Source: Verrucomicrobiota bacterium (GTDB lineage: Bacteria > Verrucomicrobiota > Lentisphaeria > Lentisphaerales > Lentisphaeraceae). Taken from it: DNA of 64,000 bases. The notes under the pieces were generated by a model. That model made no database searches. It had not been told where the DNA came from and worked only from the letters and a program-made list of their open reading frames with translations. The stretch's first letter is position 1, and each line of letters starts with the position of its first letter. Below are positions 55,820 to 64,000 of this stretch, in pieces. The DNA is taken from contig JBDKFG010000007.1 in the NCBI GenBank assembly GCA_039798785.1, positions 1-64,000 of the forward strand. The letters run 5' to 3'. The position numbers and the translations under genes are program-made.

Positions 55820-56866
55820 ATGAACACCAGTAAGCGCACTCTCCGCAGCCTCGACGACTTCGCCGCCGCCGGCCTGCTTCCCGCCGATGCCGACGCCGCG
55901 GCCCTCGGCGAAGTGGCGCGGCAGTTCAGTCTCGCACTCAGCCCGGAACTGGCCGGCAGGATCGGAGGAAGCCCCTGCTCCGATCCCGTCGCCCTGCAGT
56001 TCGTCCCTGACGCCCGCGAGCTCGAAATCGACCCCCGCGAGCTCGCCGATCCGATCGGCGATGAGCTGCATTCTCCCCAGAAAGGCATCGTCCACCGCTA
56101 CCCGGACCGGGTTCTGCTCAAACCCACTCACAGCTGTGCCGTCTATTGCCGCTTCTGCTTCCGGCGGGAAAAGGTCGGACCGGGAGAGGAGACCTTGCGC
56201 GATCCCGAGCTTGACGCGGCCCTCGCCTACATCGAGGCGCGCCCGGCGATCTGGGAGGTCATTCTCACCGGCGGCGATCCGCTGGTCCTGCCTCCTTCCC
56301 GCCTTGCCGCGATGCTCCGTCGTCTTGCCGCCATCACTCACGTCGAAGTCATCCGTCTTCACAGCCGCGTTCCGGTGGTCGCGCCGGAAAGGATCACGCC
56401 GGAACTGCTCCAGGCTCTGCGCTGTGACAAGGCGGTCTGGTGCGTCGTCCACGTCAACGCCGCCGCCGAGCTCGGTCCCGCCGCCGCTCGCAGCCTCGCC
56501 GCCCTGGTCGACGCCGGCATTCCTCTCCTGTCGCAAAGCGTCCTGCTCAAGGGCGTCAACGATTCCGCCGCCGCCCTTGAAAGCCTTTTCCGCCGTCTTT
56601 GCGGCCTCCGCGTCAAACCCTACTACTTGCATCATCCCGACCTGGTCCGTGGCACCGGCCACTTCCGTGTCAGTCTTGCGCAGGGACAGGAAATCCTCCG
56701 TCAGCTTCGCGGCGAGCTCTCCGGCATCGCCCAGCCGACCTACATTCTCGACATTCCCGGTGGTGCCGGCAAGGTCCCCTGCGGACCTTCCTTTCTGCGC
56801 CCGCTCGCCGACGGCTCCTGGGAGGTCGAGGACCCCGGCGGCCGGAAGCACTCCTATCCTGGCTGA
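55820..56866 (+). CDS. Lysine 2,3-aminomutase-like radical SAM protein (KamA/EpmB family)
   Basis: VHRYPDRVLL, CAVYCRFCFRR, TGGDPL, QSVLLKGVND, PYYLH, DIPGGAGK. Confidence 0.92.
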   Translation: MNTSKRTLRSLDDFAAAGLLPADADAAALGEVARQFSLALSPELAGRIGGSPCSDPVALQFVPDARELEIDPRELADPIGDELHSPQKGIVHRYPDRVLLKPTHSCAVYCRFCFRREKVGPGEETLRDPELDAALAYIEARPAIWEVILTGGDPLVLPPSRLAAMLRRLAAITHVEVIRLHSRVPVVAPERITPELLQALRCDKAVWCVVHVNAAAELGPAAARSLAALVDAGIPLLSQSVLLKGVNDSAAALESLFRRLCGLRVKPYYLHHPDLVRGTGHFRVSLAQGQEILRQLRGELSGIAQPTYILDIPGGAGKVPCGPSFLRPLADGSWEVEDPGGRKHSYPG

Positions 56867-56875
56867 ACCGGGCTT

Positions 56876-58399
56876 TCAGGGGGCGAGTTCGGCAGCACCG
56901 GAGAGTGCCGGGCCGTCTGGGCGGGTGGGTAGGAGGGCGCCGCGCTCTTTGAGCTGGCGGCTCAGGGCCTGAGCAAGTTCGCGGACCTCAGCCGGACGTT
57001 CGGCGGCGAGGTCGCGGCTCTCGCCGATGTCGTTATTGAGATCGTAGAGTTCGAGCTTGGCGCTGGCGTAGTGGCAGATCAGCTTCAAGTCACCGCGACG
57101 GATCGACGACCAAGGGGCCTGGTCATAGGTGTTGGGATAGTGCCAGATCAGATCGCGGGAGGGCGCCGCGGCGGTGTCGCCGCGGGCCAGCGGCAGGAAG
57201 GAGCGTCCGTCGACCGGGTGTTTGACCAGGGGTTTCCAGTCGATGCCGGCGGCCTCGAGGAGGCTGGGGAAGACATCTTCGATGATCACCGGATCGGCGC
57301 AGCGGGCGGGCTGGACGCGGCCTTGCAGCAGCGCACGAGGCAGGCGGACGGCGAGCGGGACGCGGGTGCCGCCCTCGTAGCCGGTGATCTTGTGGCCGCG
57401 GAGGGGCAGGTTGCGCGGATTCTCCCGGGGCGAGCCGTTGTCCGACATGAAGAGGATCAGGGTGTCGTCGAGGTGCTGGTGGCGCTCCAGCCAGGCGAGG
57501 AGCTCGCCGAGGGACTTGTCCATCCCCTCGACCATCGAGGCGAAGGCGGCGTCGCGCTTCGACAGACCGCGGTCGAGGTAGGGCTGGACGAAGCGGGCGT
57601 CGGCCTCGAAGGGCGCGTGGACGGCGTAGTGGGAGAGATAAAGATAGAAGGGCTTGCCCGAGGCTTCGTTGCGGTCGAGGGCGGCGAGGGCTTCGCGGGT
57701 GAGCGCCTCAGTCAGGTAGGTGGCGCTGCCGTGGTACTTCTCCAGGCCCGGGACGTTCCAGATCTCGTCGGCCTTGTTCTTGCTGCGCCAGGCGGCGCTG
57801 TAGTTCTTCTCGCCCCAATAGCTGCCGGGTCCGCCGGCGGCGTGGCCGGCGATGTTGACGGCGAAGCCGAAGTTGCGGGGATCGGCGCCGGAGGTCTCGG
57901 TGGCGCCCCAGTGCGCCTTGCCGGCGTGGATGCAGTGGTAGCCGGCCTCGGCGAGCAGGCGCGGCAGGGTCTGGGCGCAGACGTGGCTGCGGGGCGTGCC
58001 GGCTTCGGGGCAGAGGCCGTTGAAGGGCCACTGAGGGGGCCGCACCGGCCCCTTGGGGCTTCCTTCCGGCGAGACGTCACGGCGCAGGGTCCAGCAGGTG
58101 ACGCCGTGGCGGGCTGCGTTGGCGCCGGTCATCAGGCTGATGCGGCTGGGCGAGCAGACGGCGGAAGCGTAGGCCTGGGTGAAGAGGGTGCTTCCCTGCG
58201 CCAGCTTCTCGAGATTGGGGGTGCGGTAGCGATCGTTGAGGGCGGTGCGCTCGCTGTGGAAGGGGACTGAGCAGTCCTGCCAGCCCATGTCGTCGACGAG
58301 GAAGAAGACGATGTTGGGTCGTTTCGGCGCGGGAGCGGCTGGCTCCTCGGCCTCGGCGGAGCTGGCGAGGAAGAGGGCGGAAAGGATGAGGCGGAGCAT
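56876..58399 (-). CDS. Sulfatase (S1, Cys-type)
   Basis: FLVDDMGWQD, CSPSRISL, GKAHWG, SDNG. Confidence 0.94.
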   Translation of the reverse strand: MLRLILSALFLASSAEAEEPAAPAPKRPNIVFFLVDDMGWQDCSVPFHSERTALNDRYRTPNLEKLAQGSTLFTQAYASAVCSPSRISLMTGANAARHGVTCWTLRRDVSPEGSPKGPVRPPQWPFNGLCPEAGTPRSHVCAQTLPRLLAEAGYHCIHAGKAHWGATETSGADPRNFGFAVNIAGHAAGGPGSYWGEKNYSAAWRSKNKADEIWNVPGLEKYHGSATYLTEALTREALAALDRNEASGKPFYLYLSHYAVHAPFEADARFVQPYLDRGLSKRDAAFASMVEGMDKSLGELLAWLERHQHLDDTLILFMSDNGSPRENPRNLPLRGHKITGYEGGTRVPLAVRLPRALLQGRVQPARCADPVIIEDVFPSLLEAAGIDWKPLVKHPVDGRSFLPLARGDTAAAPSRDLIWHYPNTYDQAPWSSIRRGDLKLICHYASAKLELYDLNNDIGESRDLAAERPAEVRELAQALSRQLKERGALLPTRPDGPALSGAAELAP

Positions 58400-58485
58400 A
58401 AATGCGTCCTGGATTGATTGAGACTGGCCCGTCTGAGACTCACGGCGCTAGAGTGAAGTTCCCTGAGGGGGGATCGGGCGGGGGA

Positions 58486-60723
58486 TCAGAGTTTCGGCTT
58501 CCCGTGGAGCAGCTTTTCCGCCAAGGGTTCGAAGCCGGCTTCCCGGGCGAGCGCGGCAGGGCTTTTTCCGTCGCTGGTCAAATCATCGGTCCGGGCTCCT
58601 TTTTCCAAGAGATAGCGGACCACCTTCCCCTGGCCGTTGGCTGCGGCGAAATGGATCGCCTGCCAGTGCTCATCCTGCTTCGCATCGACTTTTGCGCCGG
58701 CCGCCAAGAGAAGATCGAGAATCGCCAGACGGCGAGCTTCGACCAGAGCGGGATAGTAGCGATCATGGTTCATCCCCAGGCTCATCAGGGTTCGAACAGC
58801 CATCACACTCGCCTTCTCTTTCGTCGCAGGATCGGAATCCAAATCCTCCATCCTCGGTCCGAGTTTGGATAGTTCGGCATCAGAGAAGACCGGCGGCTCA
58901 TCTTCCGGGGCGCGGGTGCATCTGGCGATAATTTCCTCCTGGCTGTCGCTTAGAAGCATATGGATCGCCTGCCAGCCAGCAGATGTTTTGGCTGTCGATT
59001 GAGCGCCGGCTGCCAAGAGGAACTCCACCGCTTCGACACTCCAGGCGCCTGAGGCGCAATGAATCGCTTGACAGCCATCCTCAGTCGCTGCGTCGATCTT
59101 GGCACCCGCTTCGATCAACATTTTGAGACAGGAGGCCGAGCCTTTTCCCGCCGCCAGATGGATCGGCTGCCAGCCCTCCGCCATCTCGACATCCGGCTTG
59201 GCACCCGCTTGCAGCAGAAGCTTCAAGGTTTTGTCGTGACCGCCGTCAGCCGCCAGATGGATCGGCTGCCAGCCCTCCGCCATCTCGACATCCGGCTTGG
59301 CACCCGCTTGCAGCAGAAGCTTCAAGGTTTTGTCGTGACCGCCATTGGCGGCTAAATGAATCGCCTGCCAGCCATCACCGGAATCGGCATCGATCTTGGC
59401 TCCCGCAGCAAGCAGCATCCTGACTATTTCCTCGTGGCCCGAATCAGCCGCAGAATGAAGCGGCTGCCAATTGTTGGCGAGGGCGTCGACCTTGGCCCCT
59501 GCCGCCAACAAGAGGCGGACTGATTCGATGTCACCGCCTGCTGCCGCCAGATGCAAAGCGGTGCAGCCGCTGGCGTTGACGACCTCGATTTTCGCCCCTG
59601 CGGCCAAGGCGGCTTTCAGCAGGTCCGGCTCTTTCTCCTCAGCCGCGCGGAGAAGAAGGGTCGCGCCGTCGGCCTCGACTGCGTTGACATCCAAGCCTGC
59701 CCGGATGAGATAGTCGGCCATTTCACCAGTGCCCGCATGTACCAGAAGGCTGCCGTACTCATCCTTCGCATCCAGCCTGGCTCCCTTGGCGATCAGCAAC
59801 TTGACGATGTCGAGGCTGCCGCCGAGCACCGCTTTTTGAATCATCCCGGAATTCAAGTTCTGCAAATCGGAACCGGCAGAGAGGAGCAGTTGCGCAGACT
59901 CGTGAAAGACGGGTGCGGATTTCTGCCCATACATGGCCGGCCCGGTAAGTGCATACTCCAAGGGTATGCCATCATTGGCGGCTTTCGGATTGACTTTCGC
60001 TCCCAAGCTGAGCAGAGCTCGAACCGCCTGGGCGCTGACCGATCCGGCCGCCAAGTGCAGAGGCGTGTCGGCGTTGTCGGTCAACGCCTCGATTTTGGCT
60101 CCGGCTTTCGCCAGGGCCTGAATCACCTCGGCGTGATTGTTTTCGGCCGCCCAGTGAAGCGGGGTGTAGCTGTAATATTCGGTCACGGCGTCAGGCGACG
60201 CTCCCTGCTTGAGCAGGGTGGCCACCACCTCAGATCGTCCTTGTTGGGCGGCGTAATGGAGAGGGGTCGCGTCGTCGTAGCCCGTGACGTTGACATCGAC
60301 CCTCTTGGACAAGAGCAGATTCACGACTTCCGCATGGCCGTAATAAGCGGCAAGATGGATGGCCTGACAATCGCACTGCCACTCTTCCTCCTCGTTCTGC
60401 TTCGGCCAGGCGCCGCATATCGACGCATCTGTCTTGGCGCCGGCGGCGAGGAGGAGCTGGAGGACCTCGACTTGGCCGCGAGCGGCGGCGAAGTGGATGG
60501 CCTGCCAATCGTTGGCTTCTTTGAGGTCGACCGGGACGCCGCTGGCGAGGAGCTCCTCGACCCGCGAGGCATCGCCGCGGCAGGCGGCGTCGAAGAGGCT
60601 GCCGGCCGGTAAGGTCGAGGGGGCTTGCAGCGCCGCTTCGCGCCTGGGTTCGAGCATGCTGCAGGCGGCGGTGAGAAGCAGGGCGAGGCTGGTGCCGGCG
60701 GAGACAAGGGAGGGAAAGGACAT
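58486..60723 (-). CDS. Ankyrin-repeat protein, probable lipoprotein
   Basis: Many (T/Q)(P/A)(L/I)HxAA...LLxAGA repeats; lipobox-like LLTAAC. Confidence 0.92.
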   Translation of the reverse strand: MSFPSLVSAGTSLALLLTAACSMLEPRREAALQAPSTLPAGSLFDAACRGDASRVEELLASGVPVDLKEANDWQAIHFAAARGQVEVLQLLLAAGAKTDASICGAWPKQNEEEEWQCDCQAIHLAAYYGHAEVVNLLLSKRVDVNVTGYDDATPLHYAAQQGRSEVVATLLKQGASPDAVTEYYSYTPLHWAAENNHAEVIQALAKAGAKIEALTDNADTPLHLAAGSVSAQAVRALLSLGAKVNPKAANDGIPLEYALTGPAMYGQKSAPVFHESAQLLLSAGSDLQNLNSGMIQKAVLGGSLDIVKLLIAKGARLDAKDEYGSLLVHAGTGEMADYLIRAGLDVNAVEADGATLLLRAAEEKEPDLLKAALAAGAKIEVVNASGCTALHLAAAGGDIESVRLLLAAGAKVDALANNWQPLHSAADSGHEEIVRMLLAAGAKIDADSGDGWQAIHLAANGGHDKTLKLLLQAGAKPDVEMAEGWQPIHLAADGGHDKTLKLLLQAGAKPDVEMAEGWQPIHLAAGKGSASCLKMLIEAGAKIDAATEDGCQAIHCASGAWSVEAVEFLLAAGAQSTAKTSAGWQAIHMLLSDSQEEIIARCTRAPEDEPPVFSDAELSKLGPRMEDLDSDPATKEKASVMAVRTLMSLGMNHDRYYPALVEARRLAILDLLLAAGAKVDAKQDEHWQAIHFAAANGQGKVVRYLLEKGARTDDLTSDGKSPAALAREAGFEPLAEKLLHGKPKL
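59150..59343. repeat. Tandem duplication of one ankyrin unit (99-bp period, 95 bp identical)
   Basis: 59150-59244 is identical to 59249-59343. Confidence 0.92.
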
Positions 60724-60986
60724 GAAGGCGCCTGGGCTCGGGGTTGGAAATTCGCGGGACTCCCTGAGCCTAAGCCAAAAGCCGGGCAAATGCAAGAAGC
60801 CAAGGGACAAAAGGGCTCTCGACTGAGGCTCCGGCAAATTCCTCTTGGGAGATCCGACAAGCCCTGCCGCGCGGCGATCTGTGTCACCGCTGATTCCCGC
60901 GGGCGGGAAGCGGTCTGGGCGGGAATCTTGCCGGGACGGCAGGCCGCGCTAAATTTGCCGCCCATTTCAATCGACAGGAGAATTCC

Positions 60987-61772
60987 ATGGAAGTGATCAT
61001 CTGCAGCAGCAAGCAGGAAGCCGAGCTGACCACCGCCAAGCTGATCGCCTCGCGCATCCGCTCCAAGCCCAACCTGCTGCTCGGCCTTGCCACCGGCCGC
61101 ACTCCCGAAGGCGTCTATGCCCTCCTCGCCGAGATGCACAAGAAGGAAGGACTCGACTTCTCCCTGGCGAGCAGCGTCAACCTCGACGAATACGTCGGCC
61201 TCGCTCCCGAGCACGACCAGTCCTACCGCTACTTCATGAACAAGCATCTGTTCTCGAAGGTCAACATCAAGCTTTCCAACACGCATCTGCCCGACGGCAT
61301 GGCCAAGGACATCCCGGCGGAATGCGCCAATTTCGAAGCCCAGATCTCCCGTCTCGGAGGCATCGATCTGCAGCTGCTCGGCATCGGCAGCAACGGCCAC
61401 ATCGGTTTCAACGAGCCCGGCTGCTCTCTGTCCTCGCGCACCCGCATCAAAACCCTCACCAAAGAGACCCTGGAGCAGAACGGCCCGATGTTCGGCGATC
61501 CGAAACTGATGCCGCGCCACGCCTTGACCATGGGGGTCGGCACCATCATGGAAGCCAAGGAAGTCCTGCTCATCGCCACCGGCAAGGGCAAGGCCCCGGT
61601 GGTGAAGGCCATGGTCGAAGGCGCCATCTCGGCCTGGGTTCCCGCCTCGATCCTGCAGATGCACCAGCGCGCCGTCATCGTCCTCGACCAGGATGCCGCT
61701 TCCGAGCTGCAGAACGGCGAATACTACAAGTGGGTCTACGCCAACAAGCCGGAATGGCAGAAGAGCTTCTGA
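60987..61772 (+). CDS. nagB: Glucosamine-6-phosphate deaminase
   Basis: LGLATGRTP, NLDEYVGL, GGIDLQLLGIGSNGHIGFNEP, TMGVGTI. Confidence 0.96.
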   Translation: MEVIICSSKQEAELTTAKLIASRIRSKPNLLLGLATGRTPEGVYALLAEMHKKEGLDFSLASSVNLDEYVGLAPEHDQSYRYFMNKHLFSKVNIKLSNTHLPDGMAKDIPAECANFEAQISRLGGIDLQLLGIGSNGHIGFNEPGCSLSSRTRIKTLTKETLEQNGPMFGDPKLMPRHALTMGVGTIMEAKEVLLIATGKGKAPVVKAMVEGAISAWVPASILQMHQRAVIVLDQDAASELQNGEYYKWVYANKPEWQKSF

Positions 61773-61788
61773 GAGCCCAGGCCCGCCG

Positions 61789-61816
61789 ATCCCGCTTCCG
61801 CCGAAGCGGGATTTTT
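61789..61816 (+). terminator. Rho-independent terminator after nagB
   Basis: ATCCCGCTTC-cgcc-GAAGCGGGAT followed by TTTT. Confidence 0.85.
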
Positions 61817-61899
61817 GCGGCCTGTGCACGTCCCTCTGCGTCTCCGGCTGGGCGCCTCGCGCTTGCCGGCCTACATTGGCGCAGCAGCGGAAGGGCCCC

Positions 61900-63981
61900 A
61901 TGACCGGCGACAATCCCCACCTTGTGCAGTTCATCGACCTGGCGCAGCAGTGCTGCGACGGCGAGGGCGGCGGCCTGCGCGGCGATCTGGGCGGCGCAGC
62001 CTGGCCCTACGAAGAGGACGAACTGGTCGACCAGGGCGGCAAGAAACGCATCATCCGCTGCCTCGACCGCCGCAGCGGCCGCATCGTCGCCCGCGCCGAA
62101 TGCCTGCAGGAGGGCGATGCCGCCGAGGAGGAGAAGTTTCTCCGCGAAGCCCGCCTCACCGCCCAGCTCCAGCACCCCAACATCATCCCGGTCCATGAGA
62201 TCGGCCTCACTCCCGCCGGCCACCCCTACTTCGTGATGAAACTGGTCGAAGGGCGCAGCCTGCAGCAGCTCCTCGACGCCCTCCGGGACGGCGACGGCGC
62301 CGCCAGTCGCGACTATCCCCTCGCCACCCGCATCGACATCTTCAGCCGCATCTGCGAGGCCGTCGCCTACGCCCATCGACGCGGCATTCTGCACCTCGAC
62401 TTGAAGCCCGCCAACATCCAGCTCAGCCAGCTCAGCCGCCACGGGGAGGTGCTGGTCTGCGACTGGGGTCTCGCCCGCGTCCTCGACGCGGTCTGCGAAG
62501 ACCCGCAGCTGCTGCGGCTGTCGCTCGACCCTCATGAGCTCAAGACCCTCACCCGCGACGGCTTCGTCAAGGGCAGCCCCGGCTACATGGCCCCCGAGCA
62601 GGCCGGAGCCGTGCACGGCGTCAAGGACCGCCGCAGCGACGTCTTCTCCCTTGGCGCCCTGCTCTACTCCCTGCTGGCTTATCAGCCGCCCTTCGACGGC
62701 GCCGATGTCGCCGAGGTCCTGGCGGCCACCCGCCGCGGCCGGATCCAGCCATTCCCGAGGCCGCCGCCGCCCGGTCTCGAGGCGATCTGCCGCAAGGCCC
62801 TGCAGCGGCGGCCGGAAGATCGCTACGGCGACGTCGACGAGCTGCTCGACGAGCTTGCCGCCTGGCGCTACGGATTCGCCACCGCGGCCGAAAAGGCGAG
62901 CTTCGGCCGCCAGCTGCTCCTCTTCGGCCGCCGCCATGTCCGCATCGTCGCGCCCCTCGCCGTGTCAATCCTGGTTCTTGCCGCCGCCACCCTGCTCTTC
63001 ATCCAGGGCTTGAACCACAAGGAGGCCGCGGCCCAGGAGGCCCGCCGCCGCGCCGAAAGCAGCGAAGCGCAGCTGCGCCGGGAGACGGCGGCCCGGCTGC
63101 GCCTTGCCCACGACGTCGCGCCTCGCTACATGCAGCTTGCACTCGAAGCGGAGGAGAAGATGGATTTCGATGCCGCGCTGAACTACGGACGGCAGGCGGT
63201 CGAGATCGAGCCTGCCCTCGGCCGCGCCTGGCAGAGCCAGGCCCTGGTCCACCTCGGGCGACAGAACTTCGCCGCTGCGGCCGGCGCCTACCGCAAGGCT
63301 GGCGGGGCGGACAATCTGCTCCTCGCCGCGTGGGCCGAGGAATTCGCCCTCCAGGCCGGCGCCGGCGAGATCACCGCCGCAGCCTGGACCAGCCTCTTCG
63401 CCCGCCTCCAGGCCCTCGACCGCCCCTGGATCTTCGAGCGCCTCATCCGCCTTCACGTCGAGCGCCGCCTGGACATCGGCCAGCGCCTTTCCTTCCTCCA
63501 CGAGATGCTGAGCCTGCAGCAGCCTGGAAGCAAGGAGATCCGCCTGAGCTGGAAGGACGGGCGACTCGACCTCGCCGGCAACGACAGGCTCAGCCTCAGC
63601 CCGGCTTTGCGCGGCCTGCCGGTCCGCGAACTCGATCTCTCCCACACCGGCGTCGCCGATCTGCGGCTCCTCGCCAGCCTGCCGCTGGAATCCCTGCGCC
63701 TCGCCGGGGCTCCCTGCCGCGACCTGTCGCCGCTCGCCGGCCTGCCGCTGCGCCATCTCGATCTGCGCGGCTGCCCCGTCGCCGATCTCGCGCCGCTCGC
63801 CGGGCTGCCCCTGGTCAGTCTCGATCTGCGCGGCTGTCCCTCGCTCAATCTCGCGCATCTGCAGGCCTGCCGCGATCTGCGGCAGGTCGCGATCAGCCGC
63901 GAGAGGGCGACCCTGGAGCAGTGCCGCCGGCTCCTGCCCGAGGTCGAATGGCATCTCGGCGACGAGGAGGATTGGCAATGA
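61900..63981 (+). CDS. Ser/Thr kinase with TM, TPR-like and leucine-rich repeats; WNK-like ATP site
   Basis: FLREARLTAQLQHPNI, HLDLKPANI, DWG, GYMAPEQ, DVFSLG; C-terminal LRRs (LAGLPLRHLDL). Confidence 0.92.
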   Translation: MTGDNPHLVQFIDLAQQCCDGEGGGLRGDLGGAAWPYEEDELVDQGGKKRIIRCLDRRSGRIVARAECLQEGDAAEEEKFLREARLTAQLQHPNIIPVHEIGLTPAGHPYFVMKLVEGRSLQQLLDALRDGDGAASRDYPLATRIDIFSRICEAVAYAHRRGILHLDLKPANIQLSQLSRHGEVLVCDWGLARVLDAVCEDPQLLRLSLDPHELKTLTRDGFVKGSPGYMAPEQAGAVHGVKDRRSDVFSLGALLYSLLAYQPPFDGADVAEVLAATRRGRIQPFPRPPPPGLEAICRKALQRRPEDRYGDVDELLDELAAWRYGFATAAEKASFGRQLLLFGRRHVRIVAPLAVSILVLAAATLLFIQGLNHKEAAAQEARRRAESSEAQLRRETAARLRLAHDVAPRYMQLALEAEEKMDFDAALNYGRQAVEIEPALGRAWQSQALVHLGRQNFAAAAGAYRKAGGADNLLLAAWAEEFALQAGAGEITAAAWTSLFARLQALDRPWIFERLIRLHVERRLDIGQRLSFLHEMLSLQQPGSKEIRLSWKDGRLDLAGNDRLSLSPALRGLPVRELDLSHTGVADLRLLASLPLESLRLAGAPCRDLSPLAGLPLRHLDLRGCPVADLAPLAGLPLVSLDLRGCPSLNLAHLQACRDLRQVAISRERATLEQCRRLLPEVEWHLGDEEDWQ

Positions 63982-64000
63982 GCGGCGAACCGACCCGCAT
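63978..64000 (+). CDS. Start of the next gene (MSGEPTR...), possibly an ECF sigma factor
   Basis: ATGA overlap with the kinase stop and GAGGA RBS; only 7 codons are visible. Confidence 0.3.

Noticed and set aside
59150..59343. Ankyrin duplication as a DGR template/variable repeat pair
   Set aside because: Copies are identical and tandem within one frame, with no adenine-specific differences and no reverse transcriptase in the window

Overview
GC-rich bacterial chromosomal segment, most likely from the PVC superphylum and plausibly Lentisphaerota. This is inferred from the prepilin-type H-X9-DG-like proteins, three Cys-type sulfatases, a DUF6288-like protein, XylR-type regulators and Hanks-type kinases. 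No rRNA, tRNA, CRISPR array or transposase was seen. Main blocks: (1) a kinase-HDOD-sthA-GNAT operon; (2) two polysaccharide-degradation loci (sulfatases/esterase/GH-A; GH95s), each headed by the same pseudopilin + membrane partner pair with a shared upstream TGGCG direct-repeat motif; (3) two paralogous modules of flagellar-stator-like genes (extended FlbD, FlbD, MotA/PomA, MotB-like), each next to a type II NADH dehydrogenase and separated by an OmpR-type two-component system, with no other flagellar genes in the window; one MotB-like protein lacks the essential Asp, and the first module is cut by a junction at ~20011 that truncates two genes; (4) a low-GC stretch after trpS with orphan immunity-like genes, REP/REPIN-like repeats and a gene frameshifted by a 5-bp duplication; (5) housekeeping genes (trpS, bcp, OsmC family, PCD/PhhB family, KamA-like, nagB) and a Ser/Thr kinase with a WNK-like relocated catalytic lysine. 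All family calls come from motif recognition by eye; no database search was run.
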